From: Okamejei kenojei
Lineage: Eukaryota
NCBI GenBank assembly: GCA_035221665.1
Contig: CM069155.1
Location: 24,552,001-24,616,000 of the forward strand
Reading direction: 5' to 3'
Length of the DNA: 64,000 nt
The notes beneath the pieces are model-generated. The model did not search any database, was not told where the DNA came from, and saw nothing but the letters and a program-made list of their open reading frames with translations. Position 1 is the first letter of the stretch, and each line of letters begins with the position of its first letter. The position numbers and the translations under genes were made by a program. This document shows positions 1 through 12,367 of this stretch, in pieces.

Positions 1-1245
1 AGTGCAGAGACATTTCCGTTTAGAGTATGATTGTTTCTACTAAGTTATAAGGAATTACGATCATTGACGCAATGGAAAGGCTGAGGTTCTTTGATAAAAT
101 CAAGCATTTGCCCGACTAGAATCAATAGTAATCATTGGTGGAATTGATGCAGCTAAATCATTGATTTAAAATTATGGAATCAGGGATATTATTTGGAATA
201 GTTGGATTCAAAGGGTATTGAAGATTTGATAGGAGAAAAAACAGAGAAACGTCTGGCAGTTATAGGCTACAGGGAATGAAAGAGTCTCTTTAAAATATAG
301 AATTTGTAAAAGAGAACATAAAAAAAGAAATTAGAAGGGCAAAAATGGGCCATGAAATATCCTTGGCAAGTAAGTTAAGGAAAATTGTTCTATTAGTATA
401 TCAGGAGCAAGAGAGTATCCAGGGAAAGAGTTGATCCCCTCAGGGACAATCTATGTATCTTTAAACTAAACTAAATTATGTGTCGAGCCAGGCGATGAAG
501 GATATGACCTGAATACGTCTCGTCTCTATTCACCAAGGAGAAGCAGATGGAAGATAGTGAGTTCAAAGAAATGTTGAATAGAGGGATCTTGAGGTTCAAG
601 TCCATCATGGGTTGACGGAGTGGTGAAGACAGCAGAAGGCAGCCTTGCATTCGTAGGTTGGGGCATAGAATATATAAATTGGGACGTTAAGTCGCAACTT
701 TACAAAACACCAGTTTGAGCACCTTTGGATTATTACAGTTCTGATCACCGCACTATAGGAACCTGTGGTTGTGCTGGCGAGAGTTGAAAGGCGGATTCTT
801 CAGTATGTAGACTGGATTGGTAGACTTTAGTTATGAGGAGAGATCGCATAGACTGGGTTTGCTTTCCCTGGAGTAAAGAAGGTTGAGGAGAGACCTGATA
901 GAGGTATATAAAATTATAAAAGGCACAGGGAGTTTGGATGGTCAGAATCCTTTTTACTGTGACGGGTGTGTCAAAATTGGGTTTAGGTGAGAGGAAAGAG
1001 TTTTCAAGGAAATTTGAGGAGAAGATTTTATTTTACATTGAGAGGGGTTGATGTTGAACTAGCTGCCAGAGGAGGTGAAGTCAAGTGCAATCATTATGTT
1101 TAAGAAACATTTGGACAAGTAATTAACTATGCAAGACATAAAAGGATATTGATGTAGTGTGTGCACATGGGATTAGTGTAGATAAGCAAAATGATCAGCA
1201 TGGACTTGGTGGTCTGAAAAGACTGCCTCTATGCTGTACAACTCT
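1..1245 (+). mobile_element. Old, internally deleted CR1-type LINE remnant
   Basis: Decayed CR1 ORF2 C-terminal sequence followed by a typical 3' tail (gactgcctctatgctgtacaactcta). Confidence 0.75.
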
Positions 1246-1599
1246 ACATGTTGGTATGCATCACCTTATATAAACCATGACCTGCACAGTCTGCAAGATT
1301 CTCCTTGTCCCTCTAGAGGAAAATGGTATACAATTAACATCTCATAAAGACAACACGCAAATCACTACAATTACTGAAATCCCTGAAGCCACAGGAAGAG
1401 AAGGCATAAAATGAAACAGACAGATAACCAAAGAACAAATTTTAGAAGATCAGGTTGGAGATGAGATGGCTTGGGAAGGTTAATAAAGATTTGTCAAATA
1501 TTATTCCAATTTCAGTATCATAGAACCTTTTCAAAGAAATACAGTGCTTACAGCATATATGCAAATGTACTTTCTTCAAGAACAATGTGTTCACATCTA

Positions 1600-1945
1600 T
1601 GTAACATACAACAGTACAGCACATGAACTGGCTCTTCTGCCCTACTGTCCATGCCAAACATGATGCATAGTTAAACTAATCTCCTCCACCCCCTGCATAT
1701 CCATGTGTCTATATAAAAACATTTTAAATGCCTGCACCACCACCCTGATGATGTGTTCCCAGCACCCACCACTCTGTTAAAAAAAAAATTGCCTCACACA
1801 TGTCCTTTAAACTTTGCCCCTTTCCTTTTAAAGCCATGCCACAATTCCAGCCTGTAAAAAGGTTCTGACTGGCCTGTTATAATTTTATATACATCTATCA
1901 AGTCACCTTAAGCCTCTGACATGACAAAGAAAACAATCCAATATG
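1600..1945 (-). mobile_element. CR1-type LINE 3' fragment
   Basis: Reverse complement of the CR1 3' end, similar to the copy at 53925-54707. Confidence 0.6.
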
Positions 1946-2837
1946 TTATAGTATCTTGGAGTAAGAGAACCACACAGTATATGTAACTTCACAGCTGCTG
2001 AGAACTCTACACCAATTTAATTCTGACATACAATGTGGCCAGGAACCGGCACAGAGAAAGCCACATACAATTAATTAATTAAACCATCACAAGTTTGTCA
2101 CTGGGAAATTGAAAAATTGGAACAGAAAAGAGAATCATAAGAATAGTTACAGAACATTACAAGCAATTCTACATGGCTGATATTTCACAAGGCCAGGCTT
2201 CAAAAGCGAAGTGATCATGGTGCGCCAGTCTCATCTGCAAGTAGCGTGAGAGTGTTTCCACACCTTCTCTTCAGCGAGTGGTAAGTTGCATCAGTTCAAT
2301 GCCTTTAGCTGTAACAGACAGCAATGATTCTCAGAACATTCTGACAAACTAAATTTGTTATTGAGAATCACAACACTAGGAATAGATGTTTTGAACAGAA
2401 TGTTTTCTCAGGGTTTCTGAGCCTTACTTGAAGTGATTAATCTGTGATAACAAAGACCAGAAGCACCTCTGCTCCTTTGCCCTGCTCTGTAGATGAGCAA
2501 TGAATGGCTGTGGAGGCTGCTGGACCTCCGGAGGCTGCCAGCAAATCTGCTTCCTGAAGATTGTCTCTGATGCTTATAGATGGAGTACACTTGTCCGGTA
2601 TTATTGTGTGACTATGCTGTTCCTCTGGTCCCTTTCAGACCTTCCCACCAGTGGGACATTGAAAGCAATATCAGAGTGCACATGGGCAAGGAGCAGAGAT
2701 GGAGCAATCCACACCTCAGAAATCAGCTGTAAGATGTTGCAAGATATGATATGCGAGTCCAAATAAATTGTTTTAGTAGAGAGCTTCAATTTCGGTAGGG
2801 TTCAACCACCTTAAATTTTACCTGTTTGTTCCTGTCC

Positions 2838-3541
2838 CTATACCTCCTCCCTCGACTTCTTCCAAGGACACTGACAGTCCTTTCAGGTGAGGGAGAGATT
2901 TGCGCGCCTCCTCCAGCCTCATCTACTGTATCTGCAGTTCTAGGTGTGAACTCCTATATATCGGCAAGACCAAGCGCAGACTCGGTGATTGTTTCGCCGA
3001 ACACCTTCGCTCAGTCCGCCTAGGACTACGTGATCTCTCGGTTGCTAAACACTTTCCCATACCGACCTTTCTGTCATGGGCCTCTTCCACTGTCAGACTG
3101 AGGCCAAACGCAAATTTGAGGAACAGCACCTCATATTTTCCTTGGGCAGCTTACAGCCCAGCGGTATGAATATTGATTTCTCTAACTTCAAGTAACCTTT
3201 GGTTTTCCTCTCTCTCCCTGCCTCCCCCACCCTAGTTCTCCGACTGGCTTCACTGTCCTCCTGATTATTTTATTATTTGTATGCCTTGTCGTCACCTTCC
3301 CCTCTGCCAACAATGAAACATTCTACATTTCCTTGATCACACCTGCTTTGATCTTTCATTTTCACACCTTACCCTTCCATATCTCTAGTTTCCCTCTCCC
3401 CTGACTCTCTGTCTGAAGAAGGGTTTCAAACCAAAACGTCATCTGTTCCTTTTCTCCAGAGGTACCTGTCACGCTGAGTTACTCCAGCAATTTTTATCTA
3501 CTGTATCTTCGGTGTAAACCAGCATCTGCAGTTCCTTCGTA
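2838..3541 (+). mobile_element. Penelope-like element 3' part (GIY-YIG endonuclease plus terminal region)
   Basis: SSLIYCICSSRCELLYIGKTKRRLGDCFAEHLRS; ends with a degenerate hammerhead motif (3413-3440) and the cagcatctgcagttcc tail. Confidence 0.85.
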
Positions 3542-4477
3542 CAAATAAAATATAATGACAGACAATCAAAAATACAGAGATTGGTAAGAGGGAAGTTTTC
3601 AGAATGATTTGGCTAGAAATTTGTGTACTTAACTGTCCAAAACAATATTTTACATGAAAATGTAAAATTAAGGAACTAACACGAAACAGAGAGAAGTCAG
3701 AGAACTGAGTATCATTCACATAATTACTAGCCATCTGTTCTTGAAATCTAAGTGACAAGTTTGTAAACAGAATTCTAATTATGGTGAAACATTACAAGTT
3801 CTTTGGAAAAGATTAGATACTTTTAAAAGAACCAGTTTTAACCCAATATGCCTGGCAAAAGCTGAGAGTCTGGACAGTTACAATTGCATAGATTATTTAC
3901 CTTTTCCACAACCACTGGGATCTGACTATTCCTGACTATAATGTGCTCACACTGCTTTGTACAAATAACCAATGAGGCTCTTACAGTTTGTAGTGTGCAC
4001 CTGAGTGTTCCAGTGCATGATATTTTAGAGTTGTAGTGGCTACTGTGTGATGGATACATCATGCATTTTAATAGAGTGTTAACAGTGCAAATACATGGCA
4101 ATGTTATGGTGAATTATATGTCACAACATGGAATACTTCTGATTGTGTTATTGTTCATTTTCCACTATAGGACATATTATTCATTAATAGTTAGCAAAAC
4201 AGTAATGGATACAGCAAGAAGTAGATTTCTTGCCATGTCCAAGATTGTCTTCAAATTCATTTTGAAACATGACACTTGCTGCAATATAGTATATTATTAC
4301 AACACTGAACCAAACATGTAATTTAATGTTGGTAGGTTAGAATTGTATACAAATAGGCCAAATGATGTCTTGTGGATTCACTGGCAATGTCATACTGTGC
4401 AGAAGAGGTTATTTTACTGACATTGGGACTGAAGAAAATTGTTCGAGCATGGTTATGGCTGACCTTGTGATATATCA

Positions 4478-4570
4478 CTGAAGAAGGATTCCAACCTGAA
4501 ACGTCGCCTATCCATCTCCCCCAGATATACTGCATGACACACTGAGTTACTCCAGCACTTTGTATCTTTT
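4478..4570 (+). mobile_element. Short Penelope terminal fragment starting at a hammerhead core
   Basis: CTGAAGA-AGGATTCCAACCT-GAAACGTC; flanked by a near-direct repeat ttgtgata(ta)tcact. Confidence 0.7.
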
Positions 4571-5429
4571 TTGTGATATCACTAGCCTGCCTGTGCAGTG
4601 CTAAGATTGATAGCAGAAAACATTATATTTCTCAACACTGCACCTCTCATTTTAAAATATGAGAAAAGAATCTCAAATAAAAAGCCGGTGTTGCAAATAT
4701 AAAATGTGGATCTCGTGACAAAGATCATAATATTTCTTTGCCTTATCGAAGCGATAATGCATTTCTTGCTTTTCTCAAGCCAAGTAGAAACTGTGGGCAA
4801 GAGCAAAGACAGCAGAGTTATTTGCTTTGGGGTATTTCCCAGTAGTGATCTGAGGAGACTGTTCAGAGATATGAGGCAGTTATTTTGAGGTTTGTACATC
4901 ATAATGAAACCATGCCCAGTCACCACCACTTTGCCTCTGTGGTGGACACCTACTGTTTCCATCTTTGCTGTTATTCAATTGAGAAGCTTGTGAAAGACAA
5001 GGATGTATGGTATTTGGTAACATACTCTTTGTAAGGAGCAGCTGAGAATATAAATCAATTGATTCAGTGACAGAAACCTATAGATTCACTGAGGAAGGGA
5101 AAAGTGAGAGATTTGGCAGTTTTAAGGTCCTGAGCATACTGTATAAAATATTTCCATTAATCTTCACTTTATTTAGTACTTGTAAGGAAATTTATTTTAT
5201 ATTCATGCAGCAATTCCTGTTCCAATTCTTGATTAATGCACACATCATGGTCATAAAGGTCCTTGCTGGTCACCCTTGGTTTGGTCAATGTTTGTTTCTG
5301 TAAATGCTGACAAAGGCTGCTTTGCTTAGCTGGAGACCATTATTGCTGCAGGATAAAGGCGCAGCAATTTATAAGGGAAAATGTCTTCCCTCAGACAATT
5401 GAGATATTTTGGCATTCTCTATTTAAGGA

Positions 5430-6440
5430 GTTATAGAGTCATACAGCATGGAAACAGACTTCGGCCCAACTTACCCATGCTGACCAAGCTCCCCCATCCA
5501 CGCTAGTCTCACCAGCCCGCATTTGGACCATATAAACCCTTACCATCCATGTACCTCTCCATTGTTTTTTTTTTTAAAGGTTGTTACAGAATAGTGCCTG
5601 CCTCAACTAACTCCTTTGGAAGGTCATCCCATGTTCCCATCAATCTTTGTGAAAAAGCTGCCCCTCAGGTTCCTTTTAAATCTTTGCATCTCACCTTAAA
5701 CTTATGTCCTCAGGTTCTAGATTCTCCTACTCTGGGTAAAAGACTGTGTGCATTCATCCTGTCTATCCCCATCATGATGTTAAGTTCACCCCTCAGCCTC
5801 CTGCATTCTGAAGAATAAAGTCCTTACCTGCCCAATCTCTCCATATAGCTTAGGCCCTCAAGTTCTAGTGGCATCCTCGTAAATCTTCTCTGCACTCTTT
5901 CCATCTTAAAGACATCCTTCCTATGGCAGGGTGATCAAAACTGCCTAAACAACTTAAGGCTCATAGAGTCATACAGCGTGGAAACAGGCCCTTCAGCCCA
6001 ACATACTCCATCTACACTAGTCCCACCTGCCGGAGTTTGGTCCATATCCCTCTAAACCTATTTTATCCATTACCTGTCCAAATGTTATTTAAATGTTGAA
6101 GCAGTACCTGCCACAACTTCCTCCTCCAGCAGCTCGTTCAATGCATCCACTACCCTTTGTGTAAAAAAGTAATTCTTCAGGTTCCTATTAAATCTTTCTC
6201 CCCTCACAATGTCATCATGCAGAAGAAGTTATTTTCTTTGTAATAGCTAGTGGGAGATAATAGAGATTATCAGGAAATTCAGGAAAGCTGCCAAAACGTT
6301 ACAATTTGTATGCAGTGAAAGGTAACAGCTGAGGCCTGGGGTACATAGAAACATAGAAATTAGGTGCAGGAGTAGACCATTCGGCCCTTCGAGCCTGCAC
6401 CGCCATTCAATATGATCATGGCTGATCATCCAACTCGGTA
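5430..6440 (-). mobile_element. Cluster of three CR1-type 3' fragments (about 5430-5945, 5965-6205, 6343-6440)
   Basis: Reverse-complemented CR1 tails (atagagtcatacagc..., catagaaacatagaaa...). Confidence 0.75.
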
Positions 6441-7003
6441 TCCATGGTTGTTTTACTGTTTTCTACCACTGCTTTCTATTGGTAGTGGTGGTAACCCATT
6501 TAGAGAGAGTACTTTGAAGCCAATTGCTTGAACCTTGCCTTCTAATCCAAGGTTGTCAGCTAGTGAAATATTCAGGTTTTTAATCTTAGTTCTCAACACT
6601 GTCCATCGGACAGCATTTTCTGATCAACGGGAAACACATTAGGAGTTCATGCTCCATACTTAATAATTCCCAGCCATGAAGATGGGTTTTACATTTGAGT
6701 AAAACAAACAAACTGGCAGAATTTGTTGAGTGCAGAAAAAAATCCAAGACTGAATGGTTGTCTATTTTAAAACCGTCTATTTTATATTGAAGCCAGCATA
6801 GCTAACACAGGTTTTCTTTTTTGCCCCACCACTAGCTTCTAGGAAAAACAATTAGCCAGCCAGTGATTCTAAGCAGGAATCTTAGCTGAAAATGTCTTCT
6901 CTTTGGACCTTTTATGGTTATGCTCAGTTGCTGATGTCACCCGAGAATAGTTAAATACAAGTCAGGGAATGCACCAGCAGAGTTGGGCTTAACAAGGCAG
7001 TGT

Positions 7004-7203
7004 GTTAGAAGGAACTGCAGATGCTGGTTTAAACCGAAGATAGACACAAAAAGCTGGAGTAACTCAACGGGACAGGCAGCATCTCTGGAGGGAATCACGA
7101 GAGTCACGTACCTGTCTGAAGAAGGGTCTCGGCCCGAAACGTCACCCATTCCTTCTCTCCAGAGATGTTGCCTGTTCCACTGAGTTACTCCAGCTTTTTG
7201 TGT
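7004..7203 (+). mobile_element. 200-bp fold-back Penelope derivative with intact hammerhead core (7116-7143)
   Basis: Perfect 15-bp TSD TTAACAAGGCAGTGT (6989-7003 and 7204-7218); inverted terminal copy, linker, then sense terminal copy. Confidence 0.85.
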
Positions 7204-7593
7204 TTAACAAGGCAGTGTCTCTGCCCATCAGAGGAACAGCCTTGCAACTTTGGAAGGGACCTGATATCTTCTGAAATGTCTGTACATAATTTTAAACTTG
7301 GCCTAAAGTTTCTTACAGCATTTAGCAAATACAGAAAAAACAAAACTTGCTTTTTAAAGGTTGAATAATTTTAAAGGAGAATTAGGTTATTACCTTTACT
7401 TGTTGAAATGGAACGGAAAAGCATTGATAAAAATGTAGATTGTTTAGCTTTCTTTGAACTGCTTTAACTCGTCTCTAACACTGCTGGTTTTGCTTTCCCC
7501 TAGGTCATCTAGAGTACCAGATTGGCGGATAATCAGATCATTAACCTGAATTTACCTCACAGGTATGTCAACAGGGAAAGGATTAGATTGCAT

Positions 7594-8455
7594 TTAGAAA
7601 CATAGAAATTAGGTGCAGGAGTAGGCCATTCAGCCCTTCGAGCCTGCACCGCCATTCAATATGATCATGGCTGATCATCCAACTCAGTATCCCGTACCTG
7701 CCTTCTCTCCATACCCTCTGATCCCCTTAGCCACAAGGGCCACATCCAACTCACTCTTAAATATAGCCAATGAACTGGCCTCAACTACCCTCTGTGGCAG
7801 AGAGTTCCAGAGACTCACCACTCTCTGTGTGAAGAAAGTCTTTCTCATCTCGGTCTTAAAGGATTTCCCCCTTATCCTTAAGCTGTGACCCCTTGTCCTG
7901 GACTTCCCCAACATCGGGAACAATCTTCCTGCATCTAGCCTGTCCAACCCCTTAAGAATTTTGTAAGTTTCTATAAGATCCCCTCTTAATCTCCTAAATT
8001 CCAGAGAGTATAAACCGAGTCTATCCAGTATTTCTTCATAAGACAGTCCTGACATCCCAGGAATCAGTCTGGTGAACCTTCTCTGCACACCCTCTATGGC
8101 AATAATGTCCTTCCTCAGATTTGGAGACCAAAACTGCACGCAATACTCCAGGTGTGGTCTCACCAAGACCCTGTACAACTGAAGTAGAACCTCCCTGCTC
8201 CTGTACTCAAATCCTTTTGCTATGAAAGCTAACATACCATTCGCTTTTTTCACTGCCTGCTGCACCTGCATGCCTACTTTCAATGACTGGTGTACCATGA
8301 CACCCAGGTCTCGCTGCATCTCCCCTTTTCCCAATCGGCCACCATTTAAATAATAGTCCGCTTTCCTGTTTTTGCCACCAAAGTGGATAACCTCACATTT
8401 ATCCACATTATACTGCATCTGCCAAACATTTGCCCACTCACCCAGCCTATCCAAT
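7594..8455 (-). mobile_element. Young 5'-truncated CR1 (HER1-type) LINE
   Basis: Open frame LDRLGEWANVWQMQYNVDKCEVIHFG...LVRPHLEYCVQFWSP...[13 protein letters not shown]; TTGCAT repeated at both ends. Confidence 0.92.
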
Positions 8456-9199
8456 TTGCATGCAAACGTGTGACGAACTCTGCCTATGCGCGTCAAAAAT
8501 ACTTGTACCCGCAAGTTAATAAGAACATGGCTTTGTTCAGAATGTTTTTGCAAATTATTTTCTATTATATTTTGTGGTTTACCAGATTGGTAATACTGGT
8601 GGAATTATTCCCAACAGCTGCAAGTAGGAATAGAACGACTGCTTCAGCACGGTAAACAAAGCCTACTGCAATGGATTGGATATTTTGCATGGGAATGGTG
8701 TGCAGTTTTTTGATGACGTGACATTTCAGCATGTATGAAAGGGCCTCGAGATGCTTTTACAAATTAATGCAAAAGCATTATTTATAAAGACATCGAAGGG
8801 TAGCAGAAAAAATGTCAGATAGCCTTGTACGTATTATCAGGAAAGTGCTGCAATCCATGGTTATGGAGGTAGTAGTGGGACATTAAAAAAAATTCTATAA
8901 TTAAGCAGATTCACGGTGGTCTTATAAAAGAGGAATTGTATTTGGCAATTTATTGGAATCAAATTGTCCAAGAGCAAGGAAGTCACATAGAGCCTTTAAA
9001 ATGTAGTGGTTCAGCCCACTGCTGGACTGCATGTGTCCACTACATACTACATTTTGTGTTTATTTATTTTTTTCCAAGTAAATGTTGTGACAGTGGATTT
9101 CATTCCGATTCTCCAACTTTACAGTAGTGATTTGTGTATTTCAGTTACCCGAATGGCCTGTATTATGCCCAGTTCCAAGCACCATCGCTTGACGAATGT

Positions 9200-9760
9200 T
9201 GCGAAGACTTTGTAGAGGGTCAATAATAGGTTTACCAAAATAATTCAATGCATGAGGGACTTTAGGTTTATGGATGGACTGGAGAAGATGGGATTACACT
9301 CCTTGGAACAGAGGGAACAAGAAGATCTGATCTGAGCTATTTAGAATCATGAGGGCTACAGTTGGAAGAAGTAGGGAGAATCTCTGGAGTAACACGACCG
9401 TTCTTCAGACTTATACATATATATATATATATATGATAGATATATTCATGATGATATAGACAGTCGGAACCCTTTTCCCAGGGTGGAAATGTCAAAGAGT
9501 AGAGACCATAACTTTAAGAGAAGAGGGGCAAAGTTTAAAGGGGACGACCGGGGCAAGTTGTCTTTACGCAGCCGGTGATGGGTGTCTGGAACATTCTGCC
9601 AGGGGTGGTGATAGAGGCATGTAAAACAGTGGCAATTAAGTGGCTCTCAAATGGGCATATTGCTATGGAGGGGTATCAAGTGCAGGCAGAGCAGATTAAC
9701 TTGGCATCATCTGTGTCGGAAGGGCCATTATCCTGTGCTGTACTATGTCCTATGTACTAT
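9200..9760 (+). mobile_element. Old CR1 3' fragments
   Basis: Decayed CR1 3' sequence (WNILPGVVIEA motif). Confidence 0.6.
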
Positions 9761-10994
9761 ACTGAGTATATGCATACTCCTGCTACCAATCATTAGAGGA
9801 TTTTTGATTCAGTTATCTTTCTGGTCGCAGTGAAATTATTATTGCACCACCTAAATCAGATACAGGCAAAAGCAGGGTTATCATGTTGCCTATTTCCTTG
9901 CAACATTTGCCTAGATTATAAGGTCAACACACATTCACCAATTACTGTGAAGAAAAGTGCCAACAAAGATCTAACAATCTCTGTGGTGTGGACTTCCCGT
10001 TTTCCAGGACAGAGTTCATGTTTAACAACATCCTGCAGCATGACGACATTAAGTGGGACAAGTAACCAATGGCATTGAGCTATTCCCACTGTTAACACAA
10101 ACACACTTTTATTTCTTTTTTTTAAACATTTTGCAAAGCTGGTGGGTTTAGAGGGAAAAGGAAGTATAGCTGCCCTTGGTCCATGCCTGCAGCTGCAAAC
10201 TAACTTATGTTAGTACTGAAACTTAGCAACTTTTTTCAAGGGGTGCATTATTTGAAAGGCCAGATGCAAAATGTTCCAGAGCTGTCACTGTATTCAGCAG
10301 GTTCCAAATAGAACTGCCAGGCTCATTGAAGCTCAGTGACCAGCTAACAGCGATCAACTGTCGGGGTCAAACCTGGGAGATTTCTAGCATTACAGTGATG
10401 GCATTCATGAAAGGCACCGTACTATGAGGTTGAACAGTCAGTGTCTTCTTGTCAAATTTCGAGTATCAGATCCAGATAGTAAAACTATTGTTGTTTAGTT
10501 TTTACTGAAAGTGACAGTAATATGACTAAATGTCAGAGCTATGGTTTTACAATGAATTGGCCGAAAATGTGAGATTATTGTTTAATGTTTTCAGTAGTTC
10601 AGAGCTGAAATATCACACACTAACCATACTGGGTATTTTGGCAGTTCTGTGCGATATGGTTTGCTGCTGAGACCAGAGGTTTTCTCTTTTTGTGCACAAA
10701 AACTGTGGACCATCAATTTGTATTTTGTCAAATGGGCCTCAAAGTAAAATAGTTGGATGATTAATCCCACTAGAGATAAAGTTGAAGTTATTCGATATGC
10801 AACCAAAGGTGGTTTGCATTGTGCACATCATCATTATTCAGTGTCGCTGATATGAACCACTTCATTCTTTACCCTGGATTGTTGCAAATGTTCTGACCAG
10901 ATTGTTTATTGACACAAGCCTGCACTGCCATTCAGTGGTCACATTGTTGTATGACACAAGACTAATAAGATCTGTATTTGTAGTTTACACCTCT

Positions 10995-10996
<2 letters not shown>

Positions 10997-11043
<47 letters not shown>

Positions 11044-11310
11044 TATTTGATTGTTACTGCACATATGTGCAACGAGATTTGGTATGCAGCTTCCATCTGA
11101 TGTCATAACTTAAACAACTAATAAAATTTAGGTTTAGATACCCCGAGAACATGGTTTATAAAAAGAACAGTAAAACAGTCAAAATAGTCTAAAGTGCAAA
11201 TGTGTCTGTGCGATGTGACCATCCGAGGGAGACAGTTCATGGGGGTGGGGGACACTCAGCAGGGCCGGTTCAGAGCAGCTATAGCTCTGGGGATGAAGCT
11301 ATTCCTTTGC
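10997..11310 (-). repeat. (TAA)15 microsatellite (10997-11041) attached to a probable LINE 3' fragment
   Basis: Perfect trinucleotide run explains the poly-Asn ORF; the adjacent sequence resembles a reversed Rex/L2-type 3' end. Confidence 0.7.
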
Positions 11311-11457
11311 TTGGATGTGCAATGTGCAACAACGTTCAATTCTGCTCAAGGATCAATGCTACCAGGAGAGAACTGTGTGAAAACCTGCTCACCTCATTTA
11401 ACACTTCAGTATTCCAAAATGTATCAAATGGTCAAATATTAAACAACAAAAAAAGTT

Positions 11458-11640
11458 AGACACAAGAGACTTTAGATGTTGGAGGTGCTCAACAAGTCAA
11501 GCAGCATCTGAGGATAGAAATAGGACATTTTGGGATGAGATCCTTCATCTGGACTGTCAAATGACCCCAAATGTTGACCATGTATTCCCTCCACAGATGC
11601 TCCCTGACCTGAAGAGTTTCTCCAGCTGTCTGTTTCTTCA
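11458..11640. mobile_element. Older fold-back Penelope-terminal derivative
   Basis: Inverted arrangement gcagcatctg...cagatgctccctgacctg, as in the younger copies. Confidence 0.55.
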
Positions 11641-12244
11641 CTTAAAAAAATGTTAGTTATGTAGTACTGGCCATAGTGTTACATGATGCAGTGGTATCCC
11701 CTTACTCTTTTCAAGGTTTGCCAGTAAGTTTAAGTTTCCTATTGTCTCCTCATTGTGTCCTGCTGGTTACATAAATTCGTAAACTATATACATAAACATA
11801 AATTGGTAGATAGCTGCAATTTTCCAGATTCCCTAACAAAGGTAGTTGTTGGGGAATCTGAGAAAGAGTTTTTGTTTGTAGAATGCTGATCGCTGTCCAG
11901 CACCCATGTAAGACATTCCTGAGCAGTCAACGTCACAGTTGACCCAGACACTTTCTAATACATACAATTGGATAGTGATGAAGAGTGATACTTAAGCTGT
12001 GTTTTTGATACCTGTTTTGGAAAATTTGTAACCAACCACATTGTCATCCACTCCCTATCTAATATTATTTTACAGCCAAACCATTGGATGAATTATTCCC
12101 ACAGAACATCTCTGTAAACACCGTTCAATAGGATCAATTTTGTGGCAAATCCAGTGTTTCTTCCCTCCACCTCCCTTGCTGTTAAGCCAATTCATATTTA
12201 AAAAGAAAACACATGATAGAGGAGATGAGTTTGAAATGCAGGAT

Positions 12245-12250
12245 TTTATT
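12245..12250 (-). terminator. CRYBB2 polyadenylation signal AATAAA
   Basis: TTTATT on the + strand about 120 nt past the stop codon. Confidence 0.7.
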
Positions 12251-12367
12251 GGGTTGGTTCAGCTGACATATTCATACAGAATATTGTGGGAAAGCAGTTG
12301 TTTAACCTGTAGTTAGGAATTTAGCAGCAATTCGGTGAGAAATTGACAACGGGAGCAGAGGTGCTGT

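Noticed and set aside
7684-8553. 289-aa ORF as a host gene
   Set aside because: It is the C-terminus of CR1 ORF2 running into flanking DNA
10902-11108. Poly-Asn ORF
   Set aside because: Product of the (TAA)15 microsatellite
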